Shown: one piece after another, positions 41,080 through 42,647 of the stretch
Numbering within the stretch: the first letter of the stretch is position 1
Layout: every line of letters begins with the position of its first letter
From: Vicinamibacteria bacterium
Lineage (GTDB): Bacteria; Acidobacteriota; Vicinamibacteria; Fen-336
DNA: 42,647 nt
Direction of reading: 5' to 3'
NCBI GenBank assembly: GCA_039812725.1
Contig: JBDIBD010000002.1
Span: 1 to 42,647, forward strand
Translations under genes and position numbers: made by a program
The notes under the pieces: model-generated
Seen by the model: the letters and a program-made list of their open reading frames with translations, nothing else
Told to the model about the DNA's origin: nothing
Database searches by the model: none

Positions 41080-42233
41080 GGCCGGGGCCTCTCGGGCAGC
41101 ACGGTCAGGGGGAACTCCTCGTCGAGGTCGGGGGCCAGCAGCACCTCGGCCCGCACGCGCACCAGCCACTCGAGCTTGAAGCTGCCGGCCTCGAAGCTGT
41201 GCATCAACCCGGCCGGGAGCTGGATCACGGCCCGGCCCGAGGTGGACGTCGCCCCGGGCACGGGCTCGAGCCGCCGCTCGAGGAAGACGTGGCTGGCCGT
41301 CGACTCCGAGCCGGTCGGGGCGCTCTCCCGGCCGAGCAGCGTGACCTCCACGGAGCGCGCGCGCCAGCCCAGGCGGCGCAGCTCCCAGCCGACGGTCACC
41401 GCCTCGCCCGGGCGCAGCGCGGGCCGGCTGAGGGTCAGGAAGGGGCGCGGCCCGAAGAGCGCGAGGAAGCGGTGCACCGTCGAGCCGAGCAGAGCCAGGC
41501 CCACCAGCGGGAAGGGGGCGAAGCACAGCAGGCCGGGGCCGACCTCCGCCAGCGAGACCTCGCTCCACCCGGCCGCGATGAAGGCCCCCGTCACGCCGTT
41601 CCAGACCAGCATCACCGCGGTGAGCAGCAGGAAGCGGCCCAGCGGGGTGCTGGCCGGGACCAGCGTGACGGGCCCGCCGGACTCGCGCACGTCCGCGGGC
41701 CGCCGTCTCCCGGGCAGCCAGCCCGAGCCGCCGCCGGCGGCGCCCGGCAGCTGCCCCGCGGGCCGGGTGGCGAGCCAGAGGAACAGCGCGGCGGGGAGCA
41801 GGAAGAGCAGTGGCACCAGGCCCAGGAAGAGCTGGGCGTTGGTGCGGCGCTTCAGCACGGCCTGGGCGCGGGTCGGGTCGAGGTAGCACTCGGCCGCTTG
41901 ACCCGCCACGTAGGGCGCCGACTGGGCGCGAGCCTGCTCCTCGGTCTTGTACTCGTTCGGCAGCACCTCGAAGCGGGCCGAGATGCGCTCGCGGCCGCCG
42001 GCCTGCCAGGCAAACGCCACCAGGGGGCGGTACTTGTCGCCCCGGCGCTCGATGCCGGAGTAGAGCACCTCGCAGCGTTCCGCCGACCAGGCCAGGGCGC
42101 GTCCCAGCTCCGTGGCCGGCCGCACCAGCAGCGCCCAGGTCGGCGCCACGGCGAACAGGGCGAACAACAGGCCGCCGCAGCCCGCCGCGGCCCGGACCAG
42201 GCCGGGGACGCGCGTGTCGCCGCGGCGCTTCAC
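41076..42233 (-). CDS. Membrane protein: DUF3592-like domain between TM helices, two more TMs, C-terminal arrestin-N-like beta-sandwich (tentative)
   Basis: TM 'GGLLFALFAVAPTWALLV' is present, along with 'CEVLYSGIERRGDKYRPLVAFAWQAGG...ECYLDP' (DUF3592-like). The C-terminal region is 'LRPGEAVTVGWEL...VEVTLLGRE...LPAGLMHSFEAGSFKLEWLVRV'. The GTG overlaps the upstream TGA (GTGA). Confidence 0.55.
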   Translation of the reverse strand: MKRRGDTRVPGLVRAAAGCGGLLFALFAVAPTWALLVRPATELGRALAWSAERCEVLYSGIERRGDKYRPLVAFAWQAGGRERISARFEVLPNEYKTEEQARAQSAPYVAGQAAECYLDPTRAQAVLKRRTNAQLFLGLVPLLFLLPAALFLWLATRPAGQLPGAAGGGSGWLPGRRRPADVRESGGPVTLVPASTPLGRFLLLTAVMLVWNGVTGAFIAAGWSEVSLAEVGPGLLCFAPFPLVGLALLGSTVHRFLALFGPRPFLTLSRPALRPGEAVTVGWELRRLGWRARSVEVTLLGRESAPTGSESTASHVFLERRLEPVPGATSTSGRAVIQLPAGLMHSFEAGSFKLEWLVRVRAEVLLAPDLDEEFPLTVLPERPRP

Positions 42234-42647
42234 GGCGCCCCTCCCAGCGAGCGCAGGGCCTGGCAGCCCTTCTCGTCGCCGCCGTCGCAGCCCTTCTTCA
42301 GATACTCGCGCGCCCGGGCCGGGTCGCGCGGCACGCGCTGGCCGGCCAGGTACCACTCCCCCAGGCGGGCGCAGCTGAACTCCTCCTCCAGCTCGCAGGC
42401 GCGCTGGTAGAGCCGCAGGCCGCGCGCGTCGTCGCGGGGGACGCCGGTGCCCGTGACGTAGAACCAGCCCTCGCGGCCGCAGGAGAAGCCGTTGCCCAGC
42501 CGGCAGCCGCGCTCGAACAGGGCGCGCGCCCGGGCGTCGTCCTCCGGGACGCCCTTGCCGTCGTCCAGCGCCGCGCCCGCGCTGCCGCAGGCCCAGGCGT
42601 CGCCCGAGAAGCAGGCCGCCTCGCGGGCGGTCAGCTCGGCCTCGGCG
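42230..42647 (-). CDS. Sel1-like repeat (SLR) protein, Cys-rich Hcp-like; 5' end beyond the window
   Basis: My own translation of the minus strand gives '...CFSGDAWACGSAGAALDDGKGVPEDDARARALFERGCRLGNGFSCGREGWFYVTGTGVPRDDARGLRLYQRACELEEEFSCARLGEWYLAGQRVPRDPARAREYLKKGCDGGDEKGCQAL'. These are repeated SLR units bracketed by Cys pairs. Confidence 0.7.
   Translation of the reverse strand, partial: AEAELTAREAACFSGDAWACGSAGAALDDGKGVPEDDARARALFERGCRLGNGFSCGREGWFYVTGTGVPRDDARGLRLYQRACELEEEFSCARLGEWYLAGQRVPRDPARAREYLKKGCDGGDEKGCQALRSLGGAP

Overview
Very GC-rich bacterial chromosomal window (about 70% GC or more by eye, not computed). This creates many long spurious Arg/Ala/Gly/Pro-rich ORFs in wrong frames, so I called genes only where I recognised motifs, signal peptides, SD sequences or coupled stop/start overlaps. 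Gene content looks Myxococcota-like (REC-PATAN regulator, FG-GAP/beta-helix giant protein, DsbA-SurA fusion), but taxonomy cannot be settled from this window.

Supported content:
- A sensor histidine kinase.
- Three separate VapBC-type toxin-antitoxin pairs, each with a different antitoxin fold.
- A complete, translationally coupled NAD-linked soluble [NiFe] hydrogenase operon (hoxF-U-Y-H-W) followed by a CheY-like receiver.
- A lipoprotein M24 peptidase, an outer-membrane beta-barrel protein and a class A PBP.
- A P2-type cation ATPase divergent from an unusual HAD-IIB phosphatase::HerA-like ATPase fusion.
- tRNA-Val(CAC).
- A TonB-dependent receptor / SDR-DUF2867 / DsbA-like gene string.
- A REC-PATAN / SEC-C / two GT-C-like membrane protein operon.
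- A FAD-oxidoreductase::NapH-like polyferredoxin fusion.
- Small housekeeping genes: DinB, Tat-exported Ntn asparaginase, carboxylesterase, MmcQ/YjbR and a PRTase.
- A 1255-aa secreted beta-helix/Ig-like-repeat/FG-GAP protein.
- A coupled Sel1-repeat / DUF3592-arrestin-like membrane protein / small arrestin-like protein operon that runs off the 3' edge.

Non-coding highlights:
- A roughly 110-bp palindromic MITE/REP-like element in three copies.
- Several promoter-like hexamers 6-8 nt upstream of start codons, suggesting leaderless mRNAs.
- Operator-like palindromes at the TA loci.
- A terminator hairpin that carries the tRNA -35 box in its loop.
- An SD-sequestering hairpin.

I saw no CRISPR array, rRNA, transposase or integrase. 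The best candidates for an undescribed system are the HAD::HerA-like fusion, the Sel1/DUF3592/arrestin-like operon and the REC-PATAN/SEC-C/GT-C operon. All three are inferences from domain architecture only.
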